A stretch of 64,000 nucleotides of DNA from Styela clava. Its lineage: Eukaryota. Under the pieces are notes generated by a model. The model made no database searches. It was not told the origin of the DNA and saw only the letters and a list, made by a program, of their open reading frames with translations. The translations under genes were made by a program, and so were the position numbers. Where the stretch lies: the NCBI RefSeq assembly GCF_964204865.1, contig NC_135251.1, forward strand, positions 14,818,001 through 14,882,000, in the 5' to 3' direction. Positions within the stretch are counted from its first letter, which is position 1. The number at the start of each line of letters is the position of its first letter. This document shows positions 13,515 to 24,295 of the stretch, piece by piece.

Positions 13515-15197
13515 GAAGCGGCGTTGAATCAAAGAAGGAATTCTCTTTGCTAAACATATTATGTTTATTGGTTTATTAGCCGGTGGTCAAGCTTGTCGAC
13601 AATTTTCAGGCGGTAAAATGTATCATAACTTTAATCAGCATTGTAGCCCGTACTCCTTCCTACCCAGCAATTGTTCGAGAACAATTACATCAATCGTCGG
13701 AGTTTGAATTATTGTTTGTATAACCGTGATACTGTATTCACCGTTGGGTAAATTGAAAGCTCCAAATGATAAAACGCAACGAGCAATGTCATTTTAGACG
13801 CGTTTGAATATGCGTTGACATTCGCGAACAAATTTGGTTGATAGATGTAACAAACAGCTGTAAGAGGTCGGACATGGCCTTCTCTATAACAAGTGTTTTC
13901 TTCAGTAATGACAACCGCATCACTTAGTAATAATGTCGGCGGAGGTGAGGGTCTGAACCCCCTTTTCAAAATGTAAGAAAAAGTTTTTTTATGTATCATA
14001 CATAGCAATTTTTCGTTGCTTGGAACGCTTTTTAGACCCTCAAGGCTCTTGAAAACCCACTCAGACAGACAGTATGAGTCAGCAATCAATTTGACATAAA
14101 TTTGATATTGTGAGGACACGCGTAAAAACTTTCAATTTGTTTTGTGAGGAAAAGCCCGAAAATACAATTTACAACATTTATTACAACTTATTCAGTCGAT
14201 GTACCACTGAGTTATTTTCCTTTCTCTATTTCGAGTTTCATTTTCAAAACGATAACGGAATATCATGTAGAATTGTAATATTACAAATGCTTTATTGTTT
14301 TTCATTTGGATAAATTGTTGACCTTTTATAGACGAGCCTTTATATATTGATTGAACCAAGCGTCACTGGATTTGACTTGGAATGTCCCAATATTATTTGT
14401 ACATAATACTTTACATAGACAATACTTATTTATTGTTCGAACAGTGACATTCATTATGAGTAATTTTGTCGCATTAAAATATGCGGTCTTTCATAAAATT
14501 TCATTTGCACATAATCTCACTTTCTAGCATTCCTTATCGCGTAAGGCTGTTCCTCCAAATATTTCAATGAAATTGTGCATGTATTGAATATGACCTGTTG
14601 CGTAATCCAGACAATCAAAACGAGGTAATTAATTATATGATTGAGTAAAATACATATTGTCAGGATTTATATTTATATCGAACAGACGCATCCGCAACAG
14701 AACACGTCATAATTCCGTGAAAGGGTAAACCGTCAAGTTTAAATTAATAATCGGGAAGTTTTTCGAATATTAATCAAAGAAAGAACTTTGGGTTTATACA
14801 CGGAGAAGGCAACTTCTATGCCATTCCATTAAAAACGTCAACAGTTCTATTAATAAACCTTGTTGTACGCATGGTAAGCAGGTAATCGGAGGTAGCAGTC
14901 AGGCGGCGCCCAAATTTAAGACCTGGGAGTGGTAACTATACCTAGTTGTTGTGAAAATCGCTGTAGATATTTTCTGTAATATTTAGCGTTTTATTCTAAT
15001 AAACTAAAACTGGTCTGTGGCTGACGCGTGTTCATATTTTGGGCCTCGTGAAACAGGCAAAGAAGAACAACGATATACAATTCGTAAAGGCAAACTTACA
15101 AAATTGGACTTGTGTTCCGAACACAAATAAAAACGTTATTAAAAGATTACTTTTGTGTGAAAAAGTACAAAATATCATAAAAGCGTTTAATAGTATA

Positions 15198-16598
15198 ATG
15201 GCCCATGGATGGTGCCGAAAAAATTTTTCATGCCGATCTTTCGGATTTTCATGTGACGACAAGGAATCAGAATCATTTTATGTGTCCCAGGCAAGTATAA
15301 TATAAATTATTTTATTTTAAGACGGAGTATTTGTAGCAAAAACATAATGTCAAACAAACATTTTTTGGTAAAAAAAGAACAAAGGTTCTGGATATTATAT
15401 ATCCAAGTATATATTAATCTCTTCCCAGCTTAATTTATTAGCAAATAAAATAAAATTTATACTTTGCAGTGGGGAAAAAATCGCGCTGCCTTTACAGTGT
15501 ACAGAGCTATAATGGCATTGAATTCCTTGGGATGGACTATTGCATATTACATATGGTATAGCAGTGTTCAACCATGGCAAATCACACACAGTTATTGGTT
15601 TCTGACGCCGTGGGCTGACTTTCTCCGAACAACGTATTTTATTGCCGTAGCGCTCTTGGTTGTAATCGGGATGCTGAACCAGTTATATATGGTGGAAGAA
15701 CAAGGTGAGACAACAAGAAAAATCAGACAATCTAAAAAAATATTTGATTGAAAAATTTGGTTCGACTTACTTACAGACTGATTCAGATTGAGAGAAGAAT
15801 AACATTTATTGTCTCTTGTTGGTTGTTAAACGTGACTACCTCCTGTATCTTGGCCAATTTAGTTATTGATCCCATATTAATTCTTTTTCCTTCATTTGTC
15901 TTTCTCCCGTGACCAAGGCCAAGATTACTTTTGATAGTTTTTTCAGCCTCATTTTGACTGTTGCATGATATGATTCTCAAATTAGAACAAATATGTAATA
16001 ACTTCCGAGTAGTCAAATATACAATAAATAATACTAGATAATATATTAGAAGGTTTGTGTATTTTATTGTCTAATTTTCATTTCCACAGGAGGCATCAAA
16101 TGGCTTCGTGGCATAACCTGGCTTTTCTTCACGCTTACGGTTGGACCTACTTTCGTGGTAACGATATTATTTTGGAGTTACGTGGCACCAGATCTAGATC
16201 CGGATATAGCATACAGTGTCATCAGCATTTTCCGACATGGAATCAGTTTTGCATTGCTTTTAATTGATTTGTTCGTCTCAGCATTTCCGGTACGAATTGC
16301 GCATGGCGTGTACATGATGGCGCTTGCTGCATTTTATGGCATTTTTACAATCATTTTATGGCGTGCAAAGGTTACTGACGCAGTGTATGGAATATTAGAC
16401 TGGGAAAAATATCCCGAACTTGCTTCCGGAATTATTGTTGCTGTAACTTTAATAGCAGCTCCTTGCATTCACTTGGCATTATTTTTGTTGTATCGTTTAC
16501 GAATGCATGTATACAATAGATATCACATGGAAGAATCGTCTTCGCACCATGCGGAATTGAAAACCTTGGATCAAGTACATGAAGAACAAAATTCGTGA
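15198..16598 (+). CDS. Protein rolling stone-like multi-pass membrane protein, copy 2; exons 15198-15290, 15470-15704, 16090-16598
   Basis: Tandem paralog with identical exon 1 (93 nt) and exon 2 (235 nt) lengths; motifs FYVSQW, FLTPWA, VTILFW, AFPVRIAH, VYGILDW; intron 1 donor is CAG|GCAAGT. Confidence 0.85.
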
Positions 16599-16939
16599 AA
16601 TGCCAACATAAATAACAACATCACGTAAAACGTAACTGATATTTATGTTTGAGACGGAAGTGTTTAAATATTTAATTAAATTATACTTAAATACATAAAA
16701 ATTTGTGTTTGTTGTCTGCTTGACAATTGTTGATACTGTGGTAAACGGTAATAGGATTTCAGCCTTTAATATAAGGAAAAGTCACCTCTCGAAATTAAAT
16801 TTATCTCAAAATACAAAGAAATCGGAGTCATGTCATATTTTGTGTCCATCAAATCAAGTTTGAATCGGGTCCGCCAGTTTGAATTAATAGCAATGTTAAT
16901 CGTTTCATGTGTTTTTTATAAGTACAAATAACAAACGTG

Positions 16940-17051
16940 GGCGCTCCCGTAGTATTCGTACCAAGGTGACGCACAACCTGCTAACCCTAACCTGGTACAC
17001 ATACTATGTTCAGGTTGTGCGCCATCTTGGTTAGAATACTACGGCAGCACC
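16940..17051. mobile_element. Short Merlin-like MITE (GG termini, 8-bp TSD) with internal CTAACCCTAACC
   Basis: Imperfect TIRs GGCGCTCCCGTAGTATT / AATACTACGGCAGCACC; TSD CAAACGTG at 16932-16939 and 17052-17059; related to 34152-34392. Confidence 0.75.
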
Positions 17052-18039
17052 CAAACGTGTATCCTAAGTTTAATGAGAATATATCATCTACCTTACTGAG
17101 AATTGGCGTTGCGTTTGCCCAAACCAACAGCGGTACAAAATTACCACAATGATTACCAAACCAACTACTGCGTTAAAATATTTTCTGTTTTGATTCAAAT
17201 GTATTATGATGTTGACTTTGTTTGTGACATTAAAATCTCACTCTCTTCGCTGATCGGTATTTTAGCTTTTTCGCATCAACCAGGGGTATTTGATTTGTGC
17301 CATCTCGACTTTCCAATATAATGAATCAAGTGATTACAAATATGTGGTATTGCGTAGCAAAGCCATGTCCAACCCAAAAGCCTTCTAGGGCTGTAAATTA
17401 CATTCCGGTTTTTCCGCGGGCCGCACGTAAATCATATGTCACACACGGTGAATTCCAGCTTCATTTTTGTGAATTATATACATATGACGAATGTAAGCAT
17501 AATGAATGGTTGAAAACAGTCCTAACGTGATATCGTCTGGTATCTGTGATACTGCACAAAGTACTTATCCCAACGCCGTAATTTATGTGGAAATCTTGCA
17601 GCTACGAGTACCCAAAATTCGTAGTTTCCTGGAGATTAATGACTTTAAGTTATATTGAAAAGCAGGAATGCATGAAACATGAAAAACTACCTGTCTCAAA
17701 TTAAATTGACATTCCAGACATACATTCCTGCAGCCTTGAGCTAGCAATATGTTTTGGCCGCGTGATTATTGAAAAATTTTGATTGGTTGATGGGATATTA
17801 ATATTTATCATGAGTATACGACAACCATCGCAAAAACGCGAAACCATGGTGCTGAGAATCCGCATAGACTGTTATGAAACATTCAATCTATTTACAGAAC
17901 TTGTTTTTTTAGTAACATTTTTTGTCACTGTGTTATTTTTGCAATGAAATCCAACTACAGCATCACCATTTTACGTCAACGAGTGTTTTTTATTCCATAT
18001 TTTTCTAGGAAAAGCACTGTTGTGATACACATATATACC

Positions 18040-18531
18040 CAGTGGCGTAGCAAGACTCGTGGGCCTCGCCGCAAAATATTTTGTGGAAATGACCCTGAAA
18101 ACTCTCGGACATAAGCTTAATCTAAAACAACGCTTTTTTTCGTCAAAAAGCATAACATGTCGCTATAAAAAGGCAATGGTAACCTAAAATTTGCTGTTTA
18201 ACTTGTTTACTTTAATTTTTTCATACGTTCTTTCTCTTTTGCTCCTTTTCTGCGTTTCTGTGCGTCACTGAGAGGTTTAGCTTTCGACATAATTCTGACA
18301 ACCTTCGTAGTTTTGCCGGTGCGATCAAACCACAAGACGCCGAAAACCGACCGACTCCCTAGCATTGTTACGTAACAAAACGATTTGAGCAGAACTAACA
18401 TCAACGTTATAAGATGTGCATCACCCGGTTTGCAATGTAGCTTTTGGTTTGCGGCTTAAATTTCTAAATTCTAACCGCTTGGGCCTCTTTGCGCTGTGGG
18501 TCCTCCCGCGGGGGTGGATGCTACGCCACTG
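18040..18531. mobile_element. hAT (Tip100-like) MITE
   Basis: TIRs CAGTGGCGTAGCA / TGCTACGCCACTG; 8-bp TSD TATATACC at 18032-18039 and 18532-18539. Confidence 0.92.
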
Positions 18532-18932
18532 TATATACCATAGACATGCATTCCATCCTATCAAAGTGTATTTATTAATTGGGACCTCTCAGTGTTTGAG
18601 TTACACAAGTTTGACGCCCGAACAATACCCGTTCGTGTCTTTGTCTTTTCTATTTTGAATGCATGTTTATGTGTTGAATGTGGGTAAACTGGCGCATGTA
18701 TATTTACATTTAAAAAACATTTATAAAGGTTTTGCCAGTTTCTCCGATTTTCCCAATCTTCTGTGTGTTCATTGTTTGTGTTTTGTGTATGATTTTTTTG
18801 CGGGAAAATAGAAATATACTTATACTATTCATATACTTATTACGGCATTCGTTGACTCTGTTGAGTGTTGATTCGTTGTACAGAACTCTGTGATCCGATG
18901 GTTTCGGTGCGGTGGCGCATTATATGCTATGC

Positions 18933-19769
18933 TAGGCTTACCATACGTCCCGCTTTAGGCGGGACAGTCCCGCTTTTCATCGTTTTGTCCCGCCGTCCCG
19001 ATAAGTCAGCCAAAAGTCCCGCTTCTCCAGCATAATACACAGACATGTTCTCGTTACTGTTGTTTCTGTGTAGCGCAGCACTAGCTAGGATAGGGATAGG
19101 ATTTACATATTTATCCCGGGGGAGAGGAAGGCCGATAAGACGGCTTATCCATATGGCGAACCACGGCCTCTCGTCCGGTTACCATTCCAAGTCGGGTATG
19201 GGATTAGTTTTTACTGTATTGTTTGTTTTCGGAAGCATGGACTTGGTGGTGGAGGAAGCCGTAACCGACCAGCGGTTACGTGAACCACCCAACGACGGCG
19301 AGGAGTCCAGCAATCCTCTCGCACATAACCATCCCTGCATGGGATGCGAACCCACGCAGAGTAATTAGAGGTGTGGTGGCGAGCGTATTCCTAACGCTTA
19401 GCCCGTTGAGCCACACCGCCGCGCCTTACTAAAGGCGAATGCGTTCGTTTCCCGCTGATTCCCATTGATGGCAGACGTATCGCATGTAAAACCAATACTA
19501 ATTAGTATAAATTCGAATTATTTGTACCGGTATCGTTAACGTCAATTCCTTCCTATTTTTCGAACTGAACCCGATATTTGGACAGAGAATATGCGCATGA
19601 AAATTTCGATAACAATATGGTCAATAAAGACAGCCGAGACAGCTTTAAATGTGGGAATGTAGGCCTATATAGTATAATCGGAAAATGTGAAGTTATAAAA
19701 TCACAGCTAAGGGGTCGTGGTCTTTCGAGGCGTCCCGATTTGAAGTCACTAAAATCTGGTTTACCGGTA
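18933..19769. mobile_element. Degenerate hAT (Ac-like) MITE interrupted by a SINE
   Basis: Left end TAGGCTTACCATACGTCCCG with many GTCCCG subrepeats; right end GTCCCGATTT ... CTGGTTTACCGGTA is degenerate; no TSD found. Confidence 0.55.
19087..19425 (-). mobile_element. tRNA-derived SINE, apparently full length
   Basis: On the - strand: A box TGGCTCAACGGG, B box GGTTCGCATCCC, body, and a 3' CCTATC-repeat tail; partial copies at ~23905-24010 (-) and ~24190-24295 (+). Confidence 0.85.
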
Positions 19770-19985
19770 CTTTTAAATAAACAGATGGTTGCATGCGATG
19801 AATCATAATGGTGGTTTAAAACACATACCTCATTTTCCAGGCGTCAACTCGCAAAGCACGTTTGTTTAAGATAGCCCCGAAAATTTGGGAAGTATGGGAA
19901 GAAATTTTCGGGAGTCAAAGGTCGGGGAGCGGTCCATTCCAGATGATAGACATCTATTTGCCCTGTTACCGGTATTAGCCTGCAC

Positions 19986-20956
19986 CAGGGTTGCCATATT
20001 GGCTTTTTTAACGCCAAATTTGCCATTTTTCAAACGCGTTTGGTGTCAGAATTTCCGTTTAGCTTTTTGGCGTTTTTTCCAGTCTATTCTAGTGTCTATT
20101 ATTAAAATCATATGAAATACAATATTTAGTGTGTAACAACTGAACAATAGCCTATTACGGTACGGTACCTGTACTTAGCTACTTAAACATTAGAATTTCC
20201 TGGAGCATCGATTTCCTTGTTTGTTACATTAACTCTTAACCATACCCAATAAGGAATAAGTGCAGTTTCTGCAGCTGCTCAGACAGATTTTCAAGCAGGG
20301 TTGTAAACATTGCCTCGTTTATATAGTTTTGCGTGTTATTTGTCAGTTTACGTTCTGTTTCCAAAAAATAGTTGTATAACTCAATTTTCATTATGCCTGA
20401 TATGGTTTATGTAAGCTTTCAGCTTTAGTTTAATTCTGCAATTGCAGTAACGATGTGATTAATTACGCTAAAATTACTGAATTAGATATCAGTGGTCCAC
20501 CTGTGAGCGGCAGGGGGTTAGATAATTTTTTAATAAAACTGATTTATAAACTGGTTTATAAATTTTAGAAGTGAAAAAAGTTTCAATAGTAAATTACGAT
20601 ATAGGGAGAATTTTATAAGGTGTAGCACAAATTTTTAAGTAGAAACATATTGTAGGTATATTACATACTGACAGACTGAAGCGGCACCCTGTGTTGTATA
20701 TATCTGTATATTGAATGGTAAAATAATGCTGCCCGCTTTATATTTATTTTACTTTCTACAGTTCTATAGGAACTTTACTGTCTATTTGTGTGCCTCACTG
20801 AATGAACTGATGGCTCTTTATCATCATCAGTACGTTGCCAAGGGCTTAAAATCTGACAAATCATGGGGCTTTTGTACTTAGTAAAATTGTTGGCTTTTTC
20901 TTGCTTTTTTATGTCTTGATTTGGCTTTTTTTGATCGCTGGGGTCTGGCAACCCTT
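19986..20956. mobile_element. hAT (Ac-like) MITE immediately upstream of the FANCB-like ORF
   Basis: TIRs CAGGGTTGCCA / TGGCAACCCTT; 8-bp TSD GCCTGCAC at 19978-19985 and 20957-20964; TTGGCTTTTT subterminal repeats. Confidence 0.9.
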
Positions 20957-21158
20957 GCCTGCACAGCCAGACGGTACGGGATAAATGCTACAATAGTACG
21001 GTATGTGGCGTGGATGGTGGATGCATTATTATTTCATCAAGATTTTGTGAATGCATTGTTTTCATGGTTAACCTCGACCAATATCAGTATGGTCTGGCTG
21101 TCCGACGGTTTACTAAGCACTTATTTCTTTCTTATATTTTTTTAGAGAGTTAATTTTA

Positions 21159-23501
21159 ATGGATGAACCTGATGGCAAATCTGAGGCATTTGTTGAAATA
21201 CATGGGAGATTGGCCTATGTTAATGTCACCCCTATTTCGTGCGCGGATACCGGTACTCAGGTGGAAGTTAAATTCTTCATAAAAAATGAAAATAACAAAA
21301 GACTTATTCTCATAAATACTGTAATTAAAGAACTGAAAGGAAAATGGAAATTAATAAATGCAAGCAAATCGTTTTCATGCACTGAAGGTGTGTGTCAGTT
21401 ATGCCTCTTTTTGCTTAGGTTTACTGCTGATTCTGACGGGAAGATTTACATGGAAAGGGCTAGTAGTAATGCTTGCTTGTACATAATAAAAAATCTGAAA
21501 TCCGTTATAACCAACAAGTTTATGTGGAAAATATGTCCTCAGATAAATGTGGGATTTATTAAAGTTTGGATAATAAATGGACCTTCATTATTAATTTGTA
21601 ATTTGAAGAATCGAAAAATGGACTTGATAAGTTTCACAGATTGCAATTTACAGATTTGCCAATCATCAACACATGTTACAAATAACTGTTCTTATGATGC
21701 TGATGATCGCGTCTGGTTGTCTGCTTCCCTTCAATCGTATGATTTTCAAGATTCTAGAATGGAGTACTTTGTTATATTAAAAACATCACTTCCACAACAA
21801 GCTTCTAATAAGACTGACTTCAAATTTTTTCTCATTACTGTATTGATAAACAATGTTGTTTGTCAAAGATGCTACTCGTCTGTTCCAACCAGTATTAGTG
21901 TTCATTTACAATCATCAGAAATGATTCCATCATGTTATAATGGGTGTGCATTATCAGTTCATCAGTCAGGAATAAAGGAGTTTGTTCTTGATCAAAACAG
22001 AAGATTTATTTTGATAACGAAAATAGGTCAAGTGATACACTGCCTAAATGGCAAAGTAAAAGATGTTTGTGACATCCCAAATATTGGACAGTGTGGAATA
22101 TCATGCTGTCAGTGGGAAGACATTCTTTTAGTTTTGCATGATCGAGATTCAAAGACCGCTTTTATTATTAATTTTAAAAAGTTCAAAATTGTTAAAACAG
22201 CTTCAAATATTTCATATGTGATTATTGGGGACTTCTTGCAGTCAGGACAAAGCCAAATACTTTTAATAAAAGAAAAATTTGAATTTGGACAGGAATCAGA
22301 TGATTTTGTGCTGTTGAAATCATATTCGGACCTCCGATGCACATCTTCTCCAACTTCATCTGGTACAAACTCTATTGTTATGTATGAAGAAAGTGATGAT
22401 GCCCTAAGTTCGAATGCAGATATTTTTTCTGGTCCCATGGAGACAGAAACGGCATCTGAAAGTTTTGATTCCTGTATAAAAAGCAGAGTCTGTACGGCAT
22501 TGCAACATAATATTATGGGACAAGTGGCTCTATTGCAAGAACGGAAAGATACTCTACTTTACAAATCCACATCTTTTTCTCAGTTATTGAAATTAATTGT
22601 AAGGTTATCAAACAATACTGATAAATGCTTGGATGATTTTAAAGAGGTTGTACCTGCACTTGTAGACCTTACACCTGCTAATAATGTCAAAGAAGTCACC
22701 GAATTTTGTTCAAACATGGAATGTAATGGATTGAGCATTCTTCAATTGTTTCAGAGATTTCTGAATGATAATGTGCATGTTTGTGCGATGATAAAAAACA
22801 CAACAGCTCGGAACATTTCCCAGTTAGCGATGCATATTTGTGGAGGCTTTGAATCATCACAGTTTCAAATTGACACTTTAAATGTTGCTATAATATACGA
22901 ACCATCTTATTTTGAAAGTCCAAATCCTTGTTCGGCTTTTCAATCTAAAACATGCGTCTTGCCAAATGAAATCGTATGGGTCACAGGAAGATTTAAAATT
23001 TGTTCAAAATTATTATCCAGGGTTATGAGAGGTACTGCATTTCTTGTCAAACTGTCATATGTGATTAGGAATTGTGACACTGATAGAGTGGTTATGAGCA
23101 AAATTGGTGAATTGCCTTTTCATCATACCCTGAATGATTCCAAAGAGATTAATTCTATTTTTACCTCCACTGAATCTAAATTGGTGGAAAGTGCCATAAA
23201 TTTTTTGAATTGTATACATGTTTGCAAATTTAAGCATAGAGTGTATACAAAATGTCACAGTGTGAAGATTCTTGATGATGTTCTCTCGAATAACTTATGT
23301 TTTATTACATTTAATAAAAAAAATATTTGGATTTGTAAAGAACGAGGACCTCTTTTTCTTGTGCGAATTGTCCTTACTTATCAGTCTGAAACCTCAACTT
23401 ATATGGAAATACAATGCGAAAATAAGGAGCAGAATGATAGATTATTATTTGCTTTAAACACCTATCTTCCTGCTGATTTTTTATTTGAACATGAACTTTA
23501 A
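21159..23501 (+). CDS. FANCB: Fanconi anemia group B protein-like (780-aa single coding exon; C-terminus possibly disrupted)
   Basis: VIIGDFLQSGQSQILLI matches the FANCB signature VLIDDFIGSGTEQVLLL; IINGPSLL resembles ILNGPLIL; beta-rich N-terminal half followed by a helical segment. Polypyrimidine-AG acceptor at ~21145 precedes the ATG. Confidence 0.75.
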   Translation: MDEPDGKSEAFVEIHGRLAYVNVTPISCADTGTQVEVKFFIKNENNKRLILINTVIKELKGKWKLINASKSFSCTEGVCQLCLFLLRFTADSDGKIYMERASSNACLYIIKNLKSVITNKFMWKICPQINVGFIKVWIINGPSLLICNLKNRKMDLISFTDCNLQICQSSTHVTNNCSYDADDRVWLSASLQSYDFQDSRMEYFVILKTSLPQQASNKTDFKFFLITVLINNVVCQRCYSSVPTSISVHLQSSEMIPSCYNGCALSVHQSGIKEFVLDQNRRFILITKIGQVIHCLNGKVKDVCDIPNIGQCGISCCQWEDILLVLHDRDSKTAFIINFKKFKIVKTASNISYVIIGDFLQSGQSQILLIKEKFEFGQESDDFVLLKSYSDLRCTSSPTSSGTNSIVMYEESDDALSSNADIFSGPMETETASESFDSCIKSRVCTALQHNIMGQVALLQERKDTLLYKSTSFSQLLKLIVRLSNNTDKCLDDFKEVVPALVDLTPANNVKEVTEFCSNMECNGLSILQLFQRFLNDNVHVCAMIKNTTARNISQLAMHICGGFESSQFQIDTLNVAIIYEPSYFESPNPCSAFQSKTCVLPNEIVWVTGRFKICSKLLSRVMRGTAFLVKLSYVIRNCDTDRVVMSKIGELPFHHTLNDSKEINSIFTSTESKLVESAINFLNCIHVCKFKHRVYTKCHSVKILDDVLSNNLCFITFNKKNIWICKERGPLFLVRIVLTYQSETSTYMEIQCENKEQNDRLLFALNTYLPADFLFEHEL

Positions 23502-23904
23502 TTATAATATTTTGCGTCTGTTTTCGAAAACTGCATATTTACGATTGCAGAAAGATATGCAATTCATGTCTCCAGCTTTTGCAAATTGAAATTTGAATAG
23601 TTGCTCATACGGAAACTTGCATGGTTTAAACCAAATAGATACTGACCATAGTTTTGCTAAAAGTGCCATAGACACCTGTGACCACATTATAATCTTAGAG
23701 TTAGAAAACGCCCAACGATGCTTTGTTGTGCAGGAATTTTGGGAAATTTAAATTCTTTTTGTGAAAAACAACATTACAAGCCAACTTGATTCTTGTAGGT
23801 AAATGCATATTTTAGGCCCAGGCAGAGCCACAGCATTGCGATAAGAAGGAATAGGTTTGGTGCAGTATTTTGATGTGACCGCTTATGTCTGTCATTTAAG
23901 ATCA

Positions 23905-24010
23905 GATTTACATATTTATACCAGGGGAGGGGAAAGCCAGCCTAAACATATGGCGAACCACGGCCTCTCATCCGGTTACCGGTTTATGTCGAGTATGGGG
24001 TTAGTTAGCC
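23905..24010 (-). mobile_element. SINE 3' fragment
   Basis: GATTTACATATTTAT ... CATATGGCGAACCACGGCCTCTC ... CCGGTTACC matches 19100-19210. Confidence 0.8.
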
Positions 24011-24189
24011 AGTCTTTTGCTCCGCATGCATTTATTTAACGTTAATGCACCACTACAATATCTTCTTTTTTTGTAAACGCCACTGATGAAATTTTACCAC
24101 TGCAGGCAGTGGCGTTGAGTAATGTCAGTAAGTATAAAACAAAGTGTCTATAACCCGAGTTTGTTATAGTCAATTGGGTATAAATAAGC

Positions 24190-24295
24190 TCAGCGATGTG
24201 GCGCACCGTGCCAAGCGTGACCGCACCTCTCATTACCCAGCGTGGGTTTGAATTCTGTGGTGGGTAAATATCTGCGAGGGGACCGCTGGACACCT
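24190..24295 (+). mobile_element. SINE 5' (tRNA-like head) fragment
   Basis: GCGATGTGGCGCA ... CACCTCTCATTACCCAGCGTGGGTTTGAATT ... GCGAG ... GCTGGAC matches the head of the 19087-19425 SINE. Confidence 0.65.

Noticed and set aside
19340-19425. tRNA gene
   Set aside because: A and B boxes run into a repeat body and tail with other copies in the window; this is a SINE head, not a tRNA
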